This document shows positions 13,739 through 27,300 of a DNA stretch of 64,000 nt, one piece after another. Made by a program: the position numbers and the translations under genes. Location: positions 1 through 64,000 of the forward strand of contig NW_005434661.1 in the NCBI RefSeq assembly GCF_000315625.1, given 5' to 3'. Every line of letters starts with the position of its first letter. Position 1 is the first letter of the stretch. The notes beneath the pieces were generated by a model that saw only the letters and a program-made list of their open reading frames with translations, searched no databases and had not been told where the DNA came from. Origin of the DNA: Guillardia theta CCMP2712. Lineage: Eukaryota; Protista; Cryptophyta.

Positions 13739-14549
13739 ATGGCATGTCGATGGCTGAGCGGCTTTACGGCGCGCGCGCCGCGTCTTCGGCCTCTTGTCTC
13801 CTCTCCCACCATGCTTCACTCCTTGTCTTCTCAGCTTTCTCGACTTATTCCACTGGCCCCTTCACCAGTACGCAACAACATAACATCAAGAAGCATCACT
13901 TCCTTCAACTGCTTTCCTTCTATTGCCAGAGGCTTCGTCATCCCTTCCAAGGAAATGGGGAAAAAGCGGGGTTTCATATCAGCTACTGATTCCTTCAATC
14001 TTTGTGGTGCTCAGAACCAAGTGAGACAGTTTCGCACTTCTTCCCCGTGTCTTGAAAGAAAACGAATGACCGGGGTTGTTGTAACCAATGGGGCTCAGAA
14101 ATCAGGTATGTGAACTCTTTGAGTTGCCTGCCTGATCATGGGAATAACTTACATGACCTGTGCAGTTGTAGTGGCAGTCGAAAGATATTTTGTGCATCCC
14201 AAAGTCGGTATGATGATCAAGAAGAGAAAGAAGTTTATGGCTCATGATGAAGAAGACAAATATCAGGTACTGGCTCGGGACTGTTGTTCGTATCTTACAG
14301 GTTTCCTTAAAGATTGGGGACCGAGTTATTATCGAAGAGCATCGTCCTATCAGCAAGAGAAAACGCTTCATTGTTAGAGTTTGAATTATGTTGATCGTCA
14401 AACTGATGTCGCCGCAGGTCATTGGCTTGGCTCCATCCAAAATCCCAAGCTATTTGAGAGAGGAAGATAAGCAGGAGATCGATGCCAAATTCTCAAAGGA
14501 ACACGTGGAATCAGAATCGGAATCAGCCAAACAATTGTCTGATAAGTGA
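13739..14549 (+). CDS. MRPS17: mitochondrial ribosomal protein uS17
   Basis: Arg/Ser-rich presequence; RKRMTGVVVTNGAQKS|VVVAVERYFVHPK...KKFMAHDE|IGDRVIIEEHRPISKRKRF. Confidence 0.85.
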
Positions 14550-14729
14550 TGTTGGAACATACAAATCGAATACCATTTAAAATCCTTGCTCATTGTTATT
14601 TCCATTTTTTCTTTCAAAATTCGAGCATGGCATGAAACTCTAGAAGTTGGCTTCATGAGGCTACACTCTAAACTGAAAGATGTTCTCTCTTTGAAAAAGT
14701 AGATGGAGACTGCTGACAGTCACTTGAAC

Positions 14730-16188
14730 CTAGGCTTTGCCCATCGCCTTCATCATCGTCTCTCCGATTTTGGCTGGGGAATTGGTGACATACACTCCAG
14801 CTGATTCAAGGGCCTTGATCTTATCCTGAGCTGTTCCTTTACCGCCAGAGATGATGGCTCCCGCATGCCCCATGCGCCTTCCGGGTGGTGCAGTGAGACC
14901 TGCGATGAAAGACACGGCCTGCAGGGAATGGGTGAGTAACAAGAAAACCCTCAATCGTAAGATTACCGGTTTCTTGATTTTGCTGTTCTTCATCACCTCG
15001 GCTGCTTCCTCTTCAGAGGATCCTCCGATCTCGCCTGTTATTCAGTCACATCAATGCCTGATGTTAATCAGAACAATGTCAACGGACCAATCAAAACAAT
15101 CCCTTCTGTATCCGGGTCTTGCAAAAAGAATTCCACACAATCCTTGTGGCTGGTTCCATTGAAAGGATCTCCGCCGATACCGACAACAATGGATTGACCA
15201 AGACCCATCTATGAGATAAGATTCCTTAGAAAAGCATCCATTTTCATGGCAACTAACCTGAGTAGTCTGGTAAACAGCCTCGTAGGTCAACGTTCCGGAA
15301 CGAGAGACGATTCCAATCTTGCCTTTGCTATGGATATATCCCGGCATGATACCCATTTTGCACTCACCAGGCTTTAAGTCCAATGAATCTCTCAAAGGAA
15401 AATACTTGTGAAACGAAATACCTTAATGATCCCTGGACAGTTGGGTCCAATCATACGAGTCTTGGTGGACATATTCAGTGCGTGCTTCACCCGCACCATG
15501 TCCTAATAAAAGGTTATAAGCTTTCAAAGTTGAAAAGAAATGTGGATCAAATCACCTGCTGCGGGATTCCTTCGGTGATCACAACGACCTACAAAAGACC
15601 ATTCAACATCACCATTAACTTAAAGGAGTTTTTGATTCAAATTCCATGATGTTTCTTCTGGTTTTGAAAAAGTCTCACCAGCGGAATCTCTGCCTCGATC
15701 GCATCAAGCGCTGCCCGCATAGCAAACGGGGGAGGAACGTAAATAACCTCACATGATGTTAAAAAGTAGCCGAAGAACACAATTTAGATCGATACAGAAG
15801 CATCTGGCTTAACGGCTTCTTTGGCTTCTCGCACAGTGTTGAACACTGGAAGCCCAAGATGGGTGGTACCTCCCTTCTTTGGAGTAACCCCTTTTAAAAT
15901 GAACGTCAACATCCATAATATTCTGAACATTATGAGAACTTATACCTCCCACCATCTTGGTTCCGTAAGCAATTGATTGCTCAGAATGAAACGTTCCCTA
16001 TCAAATCATCAGAAATCCTTCGCACAGGATGGTTGTTTCAATTCAGCAACCTGAGAGCCGGTAAAGCCCTGGCAGATAACTCGCGTGTCCTTGTTCACGA
16101 AAGGAGGTGGGCGTTGGCTCATAAACCTCTTGTTGGCCTTGAAGGTCCTGCAGAAACTGCGGGACAGATCTCTTTGAAGAGCTTGCAT
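14730..16188 (-). CDS. SUCLG1: succinyl-CoA ligase alpha subunit, mitochondrial
   Basis: [67 protein letters not shown]; multi-exon. Confidence 0.95.
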
Positions 16189-17194
16189 GGTGTCTGCGAC
16201 CGCAAAGATACAAGTCATGTTTGTGAATCGCATTCAAAACAATCAGCTTGAACAGACGAAATTCTAGATTTTTGGGCGGAAAAATGATCACATCTAAACC
16301 ACTTTGCGTGCCGTTTCACTACGACTGTTCCAAGAAACTGTCCCGTATGCGAGCTTGAGCAAAGATTCCTTTGCATGTGGCTGGATATCTATGTAAATCT
16401 AAAGTTTTCTAATCAAAAGAACAAAAGAGTGAATGTAATGTCTCCTTGTATCAATCTGCCCAGCTGTGTTGGTTCTAAGGTCGTAACGAGATAAATGCTA
16501 CGAAAACAATGTCTGAGAAGAACGTGTGTATAACTCATGACAGGCAGAGAACAATCGTCCAGAATGAGCAGGAATTACTAGGCGAAAAGAACGAGAGGCT
16601 TGCATCAGGGTCGCTGCAGTCGCGACATGGCACCGTAGGGCGTATCAAGGTCAGCGACACCATTGCTGCCGAAGATACAGGGGTCGGTACTGGAAGCTTA
16701 AAATGTATGGATTTTTAAAAATTGGTAAAACTGGTGCTATTTTTCTACCTGTAATCAACAACGTATTTTAAAATATACAAATACAATACAAGGAATTACA
16801 AAGATGATAATCTACAAAAATTATACTAATATTCATTGGTACTGATAAGTATCGATCTTACCTACATGAAACAGTTCTTTGATATGTATATTTTGTACTG
16901 AATTTTCTTCTCCTCAAATCACACACCCTACAATATCCTGTGAATGAATGGGGTGCTGAGGGTAGTCGACGCTTTTCTTTTTTTTCGATCGTTCATCTGA
17001 TAACGACTCAAGACCGGTCGTACCTCTCACTTACGTGGTGCTATAACCCCTACCCCACCTTCATCCAGCAGGACTACCCCTTTCGTCCCTTGAAGCCTTT
17101 ACGTTGCCACTTTGAAAGCCCTCTACCCCCTACCCTCGGAGGGGCCGCGGGCCTCCCGGTGGACTCCGAGCCGCCGGAGATGATTGATGTTGAG

Positions 17195-17364
17195 TTGAAG
17201 TTTGAAGTTTGAAGTTTGAAGTTTGAAGTTTGAAGTTTGAAGTTTGAAGTTTGAAGTTTGAAGTTTGAAGTTTGAAGTTTGAAGTTTGAAGTTTGAAGTT
17301 TGAAGTTTGAAGTTTGAAGTTTGAAGTTTGAAGTTTGAAGTTTGAAGTTTGACGTTTGAAGTTT
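17195..17364 (+). repeat. heptamer satellite (TTTGAAG)n, ~24 units
   Basis: Direct read. Confidence 0.95.
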
Positions 17365-18053
17365 GGGGCTGCCGCAGTAGGTCCCTCGAGTCGGGCGTTG
17401 AGTTTCTTCTCCTGTACGGCGAGGAGTCCGCCCCGGCTTCTCTTCATGAATCGCCGCGATGCCAGGCGGCAGTGAGTTCAGCCGCACGGCAAAGCAGGTG
17501 GCGAGTGACTCGCTTCAAGTTGCTGAACTTGATTCAGTGAGAGTCCGATCTGCAGTGCCATGATGGCTGCCGCCGCTGCAACTCAGTTGTGCTGGTCGTG
17601 TCGTTACCCCTGAGGGCCTCGGAGCCGTGTTGTAGCTAGATCATGGTACTGAGTTGTTATCGCTCAGGGAGCGTTTGCGAGTGCTTGGAGTTAGTACCCG
17701 GTAGTACCAGTCTGGCAAAACAGTTCAAGTGCAACTATCGGATCCCCGCATATCAACCCAGAGGGCTGAAGTTTGTAGTTCCAGAGGACAATGCATGGAG
17801 GAGACAGCAAGTATTTATAGTGGTATTATATTGACCTCAATTTTGATGATATGTGGATGGTCTAGCTGTTAGCTTATAGTTGATTACGTTTTTAGATTTT
17901 CATGTTAGCAGCGACAATGCGTTGGTGTTTTCTCAAACTGGCAGAATTACAGCGATATTTTTGTTTCTCATGGTTCTCTCAGATTTTGATGTCATCGGAT
18001 ATCTAGATTGAACCTTGGCAACCACTTTTGACCCGAGGAAGAACACCACCATC

Positions 18054-19563
18054 ATGAGCGAGTCTCAAGACATGGAAGGGAAGTATCGATCGATATACCC
18101 TGTCATCGATGAGCCTGTTGGGACTTCTGTGCCGTTTTTCCCACAAGTGGCAACTCAAGACAGCAAACCAAAAGTTCCAATGCTGGGGCAAGGGCAAGAC
18201 CCTTCCAAGAGACTGGATCTTTCCATGTCCGAAGCTGATGCGAAGGTGACAGTCGACTTGGCTTACTGCTGTGCATGTGATCACACTTGCTATGCAGGCA
18301 CTCATGCAGGGTTCTCACCCTGCCATGAAGCGACCCGACATCACCTCCCTCGTCAGACCCACAGCCTCCATCACCGAGATCCCTGGCGCTCCGTCGGCCG
18401 CAAAACGGCTGAGCGGGGCAACTAGTCTCAGGGATGCAGCGAAGCCGATTGAAAACGGAGCAGTACAGCGACAAGCGCTGGACAGCATCGTGTCACCCCT
18501 CACGAACAAAGAAGATACCTCAGATCGCTTCTCGTAATCGCACCATGCACATGTCTGACAGATGGTGATCTTTTCCTCAGATTCCCCGCCGTCGTTTCTT
18601 TTGCTATCGGCTGGATTTTCCCTCCCATGTGGTTGTGCGGCCTTCGATCTTTGTCATCTGCCAATCGAACTTCAAGACTGCTTGGAGCCGCTTCTCTTTT
18701 CTTGCTTGTCTTGTATTGTACGCTTGCGCTTGTTCTATTTGCTAAGTGAGGAATTGCAAAGTCTTGAGTGAGGATATTAACTTCACTGCAGATACTATTG
18801 GCCAGATGATTGGTCTGGCAACGATCCTTCCTGTGTCCAATTCACGCAAGGACAGCAAGATTTCACTTCCAATCCCAACGGCAGTGCCCTAGCAATCCAA
18901 ACGCTGCCTGCAACCAGTGCGGTCATTCCTAACATCACTCTATACACAGTCAATTGTGCATATGTTACACAAACTCAGATCAGTGCGGACACCTCGACTT
19001 ACAAGAACAGATCCTTTGTCGTCCGTGCTCTCTTTCCTACGACCCTAGGGGACGACTTTGGGCTGTATGTGCGGGACATTGGATCGCCTATCAGTACTTC
19101 TTCTGCCTCCTCTCCTGCACGAGCTTGGTTCCAATACTCCAACCCGGCCGTCAGCAACCCCTACAAGGTAGGAAGCCCCAACTACGGCAGTCGTCCTCCT
19201 TGCCTGTCTGCAATGTGCAATGGGGTGTACGAGGCGCCAGCCTTCGCCAAGCAGGGATCCAAGTATGTTGCTACTGTGTCCCTGGGCTGGTGAGTTTTTC
19301 CATCTTGCTAGTTGCAGCTGAGCGCAGCATAGGTATCAGTACCAGATGGCCATCGGAATGTACGCAATCACCAAGAACGCTCTCGAGCGCTCCTTCTGCA
19401 TCGACACCTGCCTAATTGACAACATCCCAGACCCTAACAATCCTTCCAAGTAAGATCCTTCTGGCGACTCGCAGACACTGACGTGCCCTTGTTTTCAGAA
19501 ATATCAACCCCTGTGCCGGCGTGTCTCTGGAAACATGCTCGGCAGCCAGCCACTGTAGACTAG
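18054..19563 (+). CDS. hypothetical membrane protein, multi-exon
   Basis: MSESQDMEGK... start; hydrophobic exon SFAIGWIFPPMWLCG...LLGAASLFLLVL; Cys/Ser-rich C-terminal exons; end approximate. Confidence 0.5.
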
Positions 19564-19675
19564 CGAAAAGCAGCACGCAATGCACAGGATAACAGCACAA
19601 GATTGAGAGAAAATCTAGCTTCACTAGCAGAAATGCCAAATTATAGTACAAGGGAAAATTGAGAGGAGCATGTTT

Positions 19676-21580
19676 CTACCAGAAGCGATTTCTCTTTGGA
19701 GGAGGCGCTTTGTTGCCCCAGTCGTAGCAGAAGTCCATCTCGTGCCCGAGCTCACTCATGGCGTCAAGAACTTGCTGTAAACAGCAGATCATGAAATGGG
19801 AAGCCCTTGCACAAGAACACCTGCTTCATGCCATCGTAGTCCGGCTCATCCTCGAAGGAGAGGCTTCGACTGTTGAGTTATCGGCTCAGTGCGAGAAGGA
19901 CAGGCAGTGCGATCGACCTGTACTGGAGAAGTTGAGGAATGACTGAGGGAAGCCCAGCACAAAGCTCTGCCATTGGTGTGTTCTTCTTGAGATTCTTGAC
20001 ACGATCCATCTGCCTGCGGACCGGTAGAGTCATTGAAAAGGACGACGGCGAGAAGGAGGAGGAGGAGGAGGAGGAGGAGGAGGAGGAGGAGGGAGGGGGA
20101 GGGAGGGGGAGGAGGAGGAGGAGGGGGAGGTGGAGGAGGCGGTGGTGGTGGATGAGGAGGAGGAGAAGGAGGAGGAGGTGGTGGTGGTGGTGGAGAGAAA
20201 TCTGTCATACCTGGCTCTTGCCCACTGCTGCTTCTCTAATCCGTCGAACGTCTGAGCCTCCTCCTTGCACCAGGGCAACCCTCCTCGCATGAGATAGATC
20301 TGCGCGAGGTCAGAAAAGTGAACAAGGCATGGGCGATACAGACCAGGACGTACATAAGCTCTTCCAGGTCATCGCGCCTTGATTGCTCGTATCCCTCATG
20401 CTTGGGGATGCTTGCATAGCGCAAAGTTCCTCTCAGAGAATCCCTAGAGCAAGTCATTACACGACAAAACGACAAGGATGAGCCACTTGGACTTCTTGCA
20501 CGGCACGTGGTTGCCTTGCTCGTCTTGGAAGAAGTCGCTCAGGCCGTAGTCGATCAAGTAGACCTGCAGTCTGCGTCACAAGAGACGCGAGAAGCCAATC
20601 TACCTTGTTCGCTCGCTCCTTGACCCCCATGAGAAAGTTCTCAGGCTTGATGTCCCTGCAATAGAATCAGCTTCACTGCATGCACACGTCCAGTTGACCG
20701 ATGGATGATGCCTCGAGAATGGATGTGGCTGAGACAGTCAAGCATCTGTCTGCGGGTGAGAAAGATCGATCCCTCCAGCTTCAGCTCACCTGATGTGCAA
20801 GCATCAGCCCCGTCTTGGTCGAGACCTGCCGTGACTTCAGCTCGCCCCCTACGGCAAGCGATCTTTACGCTTCTCTTATCCATGAGCTCGAGAAGATCCT
20901 CCATGTCCGGGCCCAGCAGCTCCATCACCAGGATGTTGCAGTTCTACGAGTCGTAAGATCCGTAGGCTGCTCGTCCTCCTCCTCACCTCTCCGTTCAGAT
21001 CTCTCTTTCCCACCCAGTACACGTCGGCGATCCCTGGACCTCCTTGAAGGTGGATGAGAGTCTCTGCCTCCGCCCGCAGCGCGCTCACTTTCTGTCCGAT
21101 GTCTCGCTCCGCCTTCACCGCCACCTGCGGCAGACTCTCAGCGGGAGCGAGCGACCTTTCCAGTCCTATGCCTCTTGCCCTGTCTTGAGGTCCGTTGCCA
21201 AGTAGATCCTCCCAAACGACCCGAACCCCATCTCCTGTACCTCCCCCACCTCTGGTCGTGGCCTCGCCCACACCGTTCCCTGCTTGGGAGGCTGTGCCCG
21301 ATTACAAGCGAGAGGAGGCGCGAGCAGTCGAACTTACGGGTCTCGTCGCCTGGATAGTCCATCCTCCTCCTGTTCCCTCGAGCTGCGATGGGACGATGAG
21401 ATACTGCTCGTCTGGTTTCACCTGGCACCGCAACCCTCCAGCTGGACTCCGGAGACGCGCAGGAGGAGTCGCAGGCATGAAACCCAGGGACGGGTTGAGT
21501 TGGATAAAGAGGAGAAACCCGACATAGAAAACCAGGGGCGGAAGACAGGTTGCTTGCATTCCGTTGCAATCCTGCATCAA
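19676..21580 (-). CDS. casein kinase 1-like Ser/Thr kinase with signal peptide + Phe plastid-type leader
   Basis: GFGSFGRIY, VAVKAE, MELLGP, IIHR|DIKPENFLMG, VYLIDYGLS, GTLRYAS, EQSRRDDLE, LPW; leader ...FLLFIQLNPSLG-F-MPATPPARLR. Confidence 0.85.
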
Positions 21581-22446
21581 GTTTCACCCTGAACATGCTC
21601 GAACAAGAATGAAGGACTTCAATTGAGGACTTCAATTGGTTCACATTCTATTTCGATAACTAGCAAACGTGTTTCTCATATCTTGAGTTCTAGTAGGTAA
21701 CCTCGTCCTGGGTGCTCAAACCCCCGGTTAGCCACCTATCTATGTTTAACGAAAGAATCTTACTTCAAATATCCTATATATACAATGGTTTCCAATGCTT
21801 TCAAAGTTTCCTCGTAGACAAGACCAACTTGATGAGCAAAGGGACCCATATCCACTTGCCTTGTGACTCCTGGTAAAGTGTTTATAATTGGAGCTGCCCG
21901 ATATTCTACCTCGTTGCTTCTGAGGGCCATTGCCTCTCTATTCCGTCATTCAATCAGCATGTACCTTCTTACAGCACTAACTGATGATTAATCTGTCTTA
22001 ATTCGCTTCCCTCCCCTTCGGTTCACCTTCTGTTTTGCTACTCTCTTGCATGTGCTGTCCGTTCTCTCCTCCCCCTCTTCCTCCTCCTCCTCCTCCTGTC
22101 TGAGCTCGCAGGCGCCTCATCTGTTCTCCTTTCTCGCGTTCCAACAATCTTGTATTTTCAAATTTCTGACGCATTTGTACTACCAGGAAAATGACCTGAA
22201 ATCAAGATTTTTGGATTGTTCTACATATTTATAAAATTTACCCCCATTTTGTAGGTACTGTTTTACAATAATGTATGATTGAAAAATATTTACAAGATAT
22301 AAATAATTTGTATACACCAAACGTTTTGAAAATGGGGTGTTTTGACTTTTATAAAACTTCCTGTAAAAACCCTTTCACATGGGGAAGCCCGCCTCGGAAG
22401 ATCGGGCTTCACCTTCCGTTACAACGAAACGGCACGTGCAGCCGCC

Positions 22447-23260
22447 ATGGGGAAAGCAAAGAAACCGAACAAACAAATGGAAGATGAACGTGGAGGGGGA
22501 GGGGAGAAGAATGCCATGAGGGAGAAGTCATCTGACAAGCTCTTTGCCAAGCCGTTGAGAGGCATCAGCAAGCAATCTCCCTCCCGTCCTGCAGCAAATT
22601 TAGGTGTACAGAATAAAATCATCGAGAAGATGAAGATGAGCTCAGAAAACATGTCAAGAGGGCAAAGAAAAAGACTGGCGAAGAAGTCAAATGTGATCAG
22701 AAGAAGTAAGTTATGCAGTGATGCTAGACGCTAGATCTCTGTGTATTTTGATGCTGGTTTCACACGCTTGACACCTTTTCCTGATAGAGGAGATCGGCTC
22801 TGCTATTGTATCGAAGGCTTTAAAGATACAGGATGGCAGTCTAGGGGTGACCTTCACTGTTACAGAGAGATGGTATCATGACTATATGTCTGCAGGATTT
22901 GGATTGCCTTACCTTAGCTCTTCCTTCCTCTCAATCCTCAGCACCTTCACAACAGAACAAGAAGTGCGATCTTTGTCTGTCGAGGGCTGTTTTTGACAAT
23001 TTTGGTCAGAGGCCCCGGCAAGATGACGATCAAGAAGCAAAGACGAATGCTCATTGCAGAGTCTCAACAACTCCAATCTGTAAGTTTCTTTCCTTCTTCC
23101 TTCCAAGATGATTTCAGTGTTGCTTTTTTCGTTCTTGTTCTGGCAGCGGTCTATGACGCAAGTCACGCAGGTTTTGACGCATCCTCTCTTCCAGTCAAAT
23201 CCGATAGGAACAATCCACGATCACCTCGAGAACTCGATTCGACTTTCGAAAAGCGTCTAG
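22447..23260 (+). CDS. SLX9: SLX9/FAM207A-like ribosome biogenesis protein
   Basis: Basic N-terminus (MSRGQRKRLAKK); C-terminal LIAESQQLQS|VLTHPLFQSNPIGTIHDHLENS. Confidence 0.65.
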
Positions 23261-23541
23261 GGGTAGAACAATACCTCGCTGTATATTAGAGCCAGCTCAC
23301 ATTCTTTCAATTGCTATTAGACTTTAAAGAAATCTCAAGTCGATCACTTGCATGAAGCTAACTTGAAGGAACAGCTCTCACTGTGAAACACGATCGTGCA
23401 TTTGCATTGCGCTGGATTGAGTTCGTCAGAACCCCTACCAATGACTCTCATTCAAGGGGTGATTCGTGTCCATCTGGATTCGGATGGACGGGGTGCTAAG
23501 AGAATTTCGTGTGGGGTAGGGTCCTACATCTAAACGCCTCA

Positions 23542-24381
23542 ATGCACATTCTCGTCCGCTCAGCCGCCGCTGCCGCCTGCATGTTGGCATGCACAGAAGC
23601 GTTCGCTCCTCCTCCTCCATCAGGTGGTTCCTATCATAGCCTCCAATCTAGGCAGTCGGCAAGAGGAGCTGCAATGAAGCACGAGTCGAGCGTGACAAGC
23701 ATCTCGAGAAGAAATGCCCTCCTAGCTGGAATTTCTATCGCTGGCTCATCGTTGCTGCCTCCTCTGAAGGCTCTTGCGGAGCCAGTAGCGGATGAGATCA
23801 AAGACTACAAGCTTGTTCAGATCTTTCAGGTTTCCCCTCTCCTGCTCTCTTTTATGGCCATTCACAATGTGTATGACAGGAGTGCAAGGATCTTGGAGTT
23901 GTTCGATTCTTGTCAGTGAACCCCAATGGAGCTGTGCTAGAGGCTCTTGGAAAGTTTGATTACTCGCTCGTTCCCTTTGAGATCCCCGGCAAGGGCCAAT
24001 ATGTCAGGATTGCTGGGCCGAACTCGCCGGATCACTTGGTAGCTTCCTTCGAATGCAGTATAAACCTTGACAATGTGAGTAGTGATTTTGTTTGATGTCT
24101 CCTGACTTGAATGGAAGGCTGCGATTCTTGCCTTCGACAAGCTCTATGGGCCAACAGGAGAGCTGTACTCGCTGAGGATCATGAACGACAAGGGAGACAA
24201 GATCCTTTCGATTCTCCTCAACTATGACATCGAGGTATCCCTTCTCACACTGTCTTTCGTCATGACACAGGCTCAGGGGAACGGAGGAAAGCCTGGCAAG
24301 TACTACAAGGGAGCAGTCGAGAAGTGGGAGGAGCTGCGCAAGAAGTACGGGGACGCCAACGGCGAGGTCAAGCTGAAATGA
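23542..24381 (+). CDS. putative thylakoid-lumen protein of unknown function (signal + transit + Tat signal)
   Basis: ACTEA-F signal cleavage; SRRNALLAGISIAGSSLLPPLKALA-E twin-arginine signal; multi-exon. Confidence 0.7.
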
Positions 24382-24397
24382 GTCGTCTACTTTAGAG

Positions 24398-27300
24398 TCA
24401 TTGCTTGGCTTGTCTATAGAGGCCTACAGGCCTATCGACTTCAGCATTAGTGAGCGGAGCGATCTTGCGCTTGTAGAGGTAGTCAATGTCCTTCAGATCC
24501 TTCTTGTCCTTCTGCACTAGCGGCCTGAAGTTCTTGGAGTGGATTGAGGCGATCTTGCGCTCTTCCCTCACGCCAGGCGCTATCGGCTCGACCCTGGAGA
24601 AGCAGAGGGGTGAGGAGAAAGGGGAGGATTGGCAAGGCATACCATCGCATGAAGTTCTTGTTCTTGTCTAGCGTCTTTTCAACCACAGTCTTCACCTGCC
24701 CGAGTGTAAGCATGCTCTACTCGCACCGCAGTGTCGTACCCCGTAGGTCTCGTGAACGTAGGTGTTCACACGGTCCAGGAACGGCTCGCCGTCGAAGATG
24801 GAGGGAGGAAACTCAGCACCTGGTTGACATCCTTCTTTGCCGGGCCTGCGCCATGTCAGGCAAGGGGAAGGAGGCGGGGAGGGAGAGATCACATAGTCTT
24901 GAGAGACTTCTTCATGGGGCTCAGCTTCAGCATCGCCTTGTACTTGTCCATTCGCGCTCCTCCATCCGACCACTGGACATGGAACCGTCGGTCATCCACC
25001 ACCTTCTTCTTTTCCCAGGTATTGTACCTGGTGCAGGTCAGAAGCAAGCACAAGGTCAAGGAGCTTCTCAGAGCTTCTCACAGCTGCGACTTGCGCTCCT
25101 GCATCTCCAACGCTGCTCCCCCCTCAGCTGAGAACACTGACTTGAAGAACTCGGGGTTCTTTTCAAAGAGCTGGGGCTGAGCTGGATACCGGATGCTAAA
25201 ATCTGGCTGTCCAGGTAGGAGGTTGCTCGTTGCACCCTCGCGCGAGCTGAGGTTCCACTCGTTCTCGATGTACTCGCCGTGATCCGACGTAGGAGCAGAC
25301 TTGTCCACCTGCGCTTCCCGGAACTCCATCACGCTCCGCGCCTTTGGCCATCGGAATCCTTCAGCTGTGATCCACCTGGATCGGGACCTTGCGACCTCTT
25401 CTCGTGCTGCTGTCTCAGGGTCCTGCAAGGCACCACGAGGTCACAGACAAGACACGGCAAGCAGCACGAAACAGTGGAAAGACCTGCAGCACGAAAGCGC
25501 CCGACAGAAGGTCCTTGCTGAAGGTGTAGTGAACTTTGCCGTAGTCCCGCGTGAATTTCTTCCGCAGGAAGTCGCGCTGTATGTTTGAGTACTGAAGGTA
25601 CTGCCCACTGTAGTTGTACACCTCCTCGACTGAGACCGGCAGCTGCTCTCGTCGCTTCTGCTTGTCTGCTCGCACAGCGTCTCGGTTCTGGGCAACAAAG
25701 TCGACCTCTGCTGGCTTAGTGGCGAGGAATTGAACGTAAGCTGCGTTGGACGCGTCCGTCGGAGCTTTCGTCTTGGGCCGTGGCATCGTGCTGGCAGCCA
25801 CAAGCTCCTCCTTAGTCAGTGCCGGCATCTGCTCCTCCTCCTCCTTCGTCTTGCGACTTCTTAGCTGTTGTGGCTTACCTGTTTCGTCTTCAATGCTGAG
25901 GACATCGCCTAGCTTCTTGTACATGTGTTCAAGTTGGTCTACTTCAGGAAAGAGCGCAAGGTCTCGGAGCTTCTTCATCCTTCCCGAGTGTGAGATTTCA
26001 TGCAGGCGGATCATAGCTATAGCAGTCAGGCGATACTTGGGTTGCAAGTAGGCGTCCACACGTAGGATCAGATGTCTTAGAGTCTCTCGCAGCTTGATGC
26101 GTTTGAGGTTCAGCGGGTACTGCCAGTAGAGGCGGGTCGGGAAGCTGATCTCTGGGTTGTAGAGCATGCGAAACGTCTTGGAGTTCCTTTCACATCGCGG
26201 ATTCTCGTCGAGGAGTTTTTGAATTCCCTTGCCAGCCAATCCTTCGAGGATGAAGATCCTGTAGTTGTTGTCGATGACCTGAACTCCCGTCACGATGTCG
26301 AAGTTGGGGCTCTGCGCCTGCTCCTCCCTCAGCTCGATCCCATTCAGCACCTTCTCCATCATGTCCAGCGTCGCTCCAGCGCTCTTGAGCTTTGCGAGCG
26401 TGTCGAACGCCAGGGCGGCTTCTCTGGTCTCCTGCTTCTCTTCCTCTGAGGCGGACTGACTATACTGCGCCAAGAAGTCTGCGTTGATGCGAACCACGGA
26501 CCTGACGAGGCTGGCCAGCATCTCGGCATTGGAGTACTCGATGCGGTACACCACCCGCTGGAACGCGCCCTCCCTCTCCTCCCTCTCCTTTCTCAGCGGT
26601 CGTGCCAGCCTGAGCCGCACCAAGAGGCAGCTCCCGCAGTCCACGTACGGCCGTTGAGCAGGACGTTGATGAGCTGAGAAATCTGGGTACTTTATGCGCT
26701 TCGGCCGCACGAGGCATCGCTGAGTCGAGAGGAGATCGCCCGAAGCCAAGGGATGGAGGAGAACTTCACATGTAGCGAAAGAGTTGGCAGGAAGCTTTTC
26801 CTCTCCTCGCTGCTTGTCAATCGATTTCAACCCGCTCCATCGTGACAGCACCGAGTCCGATGACGCCTCTTCCTCTTCCTCGGACCGTGGGGGTTGCTCC
26901 TTCTCTTCCTCTTCCTGATGCTCTTCCAATCTGTCTTGATCGTGCAGCTCGATGTTTACAATACCATCTTTCATGTACCGCAGCAGATCGCTTTGGTTGA
27001 CTAACCCTGCCAAGAATACTTTGGTATGATTGAAGACTACCTGTCTGTCCTGCAAAATGACTGTTTACAACGGTTGATACTAAAGTAGTCATCCTCTTAC
27101 CTGCGCAACGCTGTTGGTGTAGATCTCTTTGCACCATTCTGGAGACTCATCGCCGGAATGATTGTTGGCTTCTTCACTCAGCGGATCGGGCATGAACACA
27201 TACTTGCAGTATGCAGGTTTGAACCTGCTCCTCACCTCCTCTGTACACAACATCCTTGGATTGCAGCCATCCTTCCAAGTTTTCCCCATCTCGTATCTAG

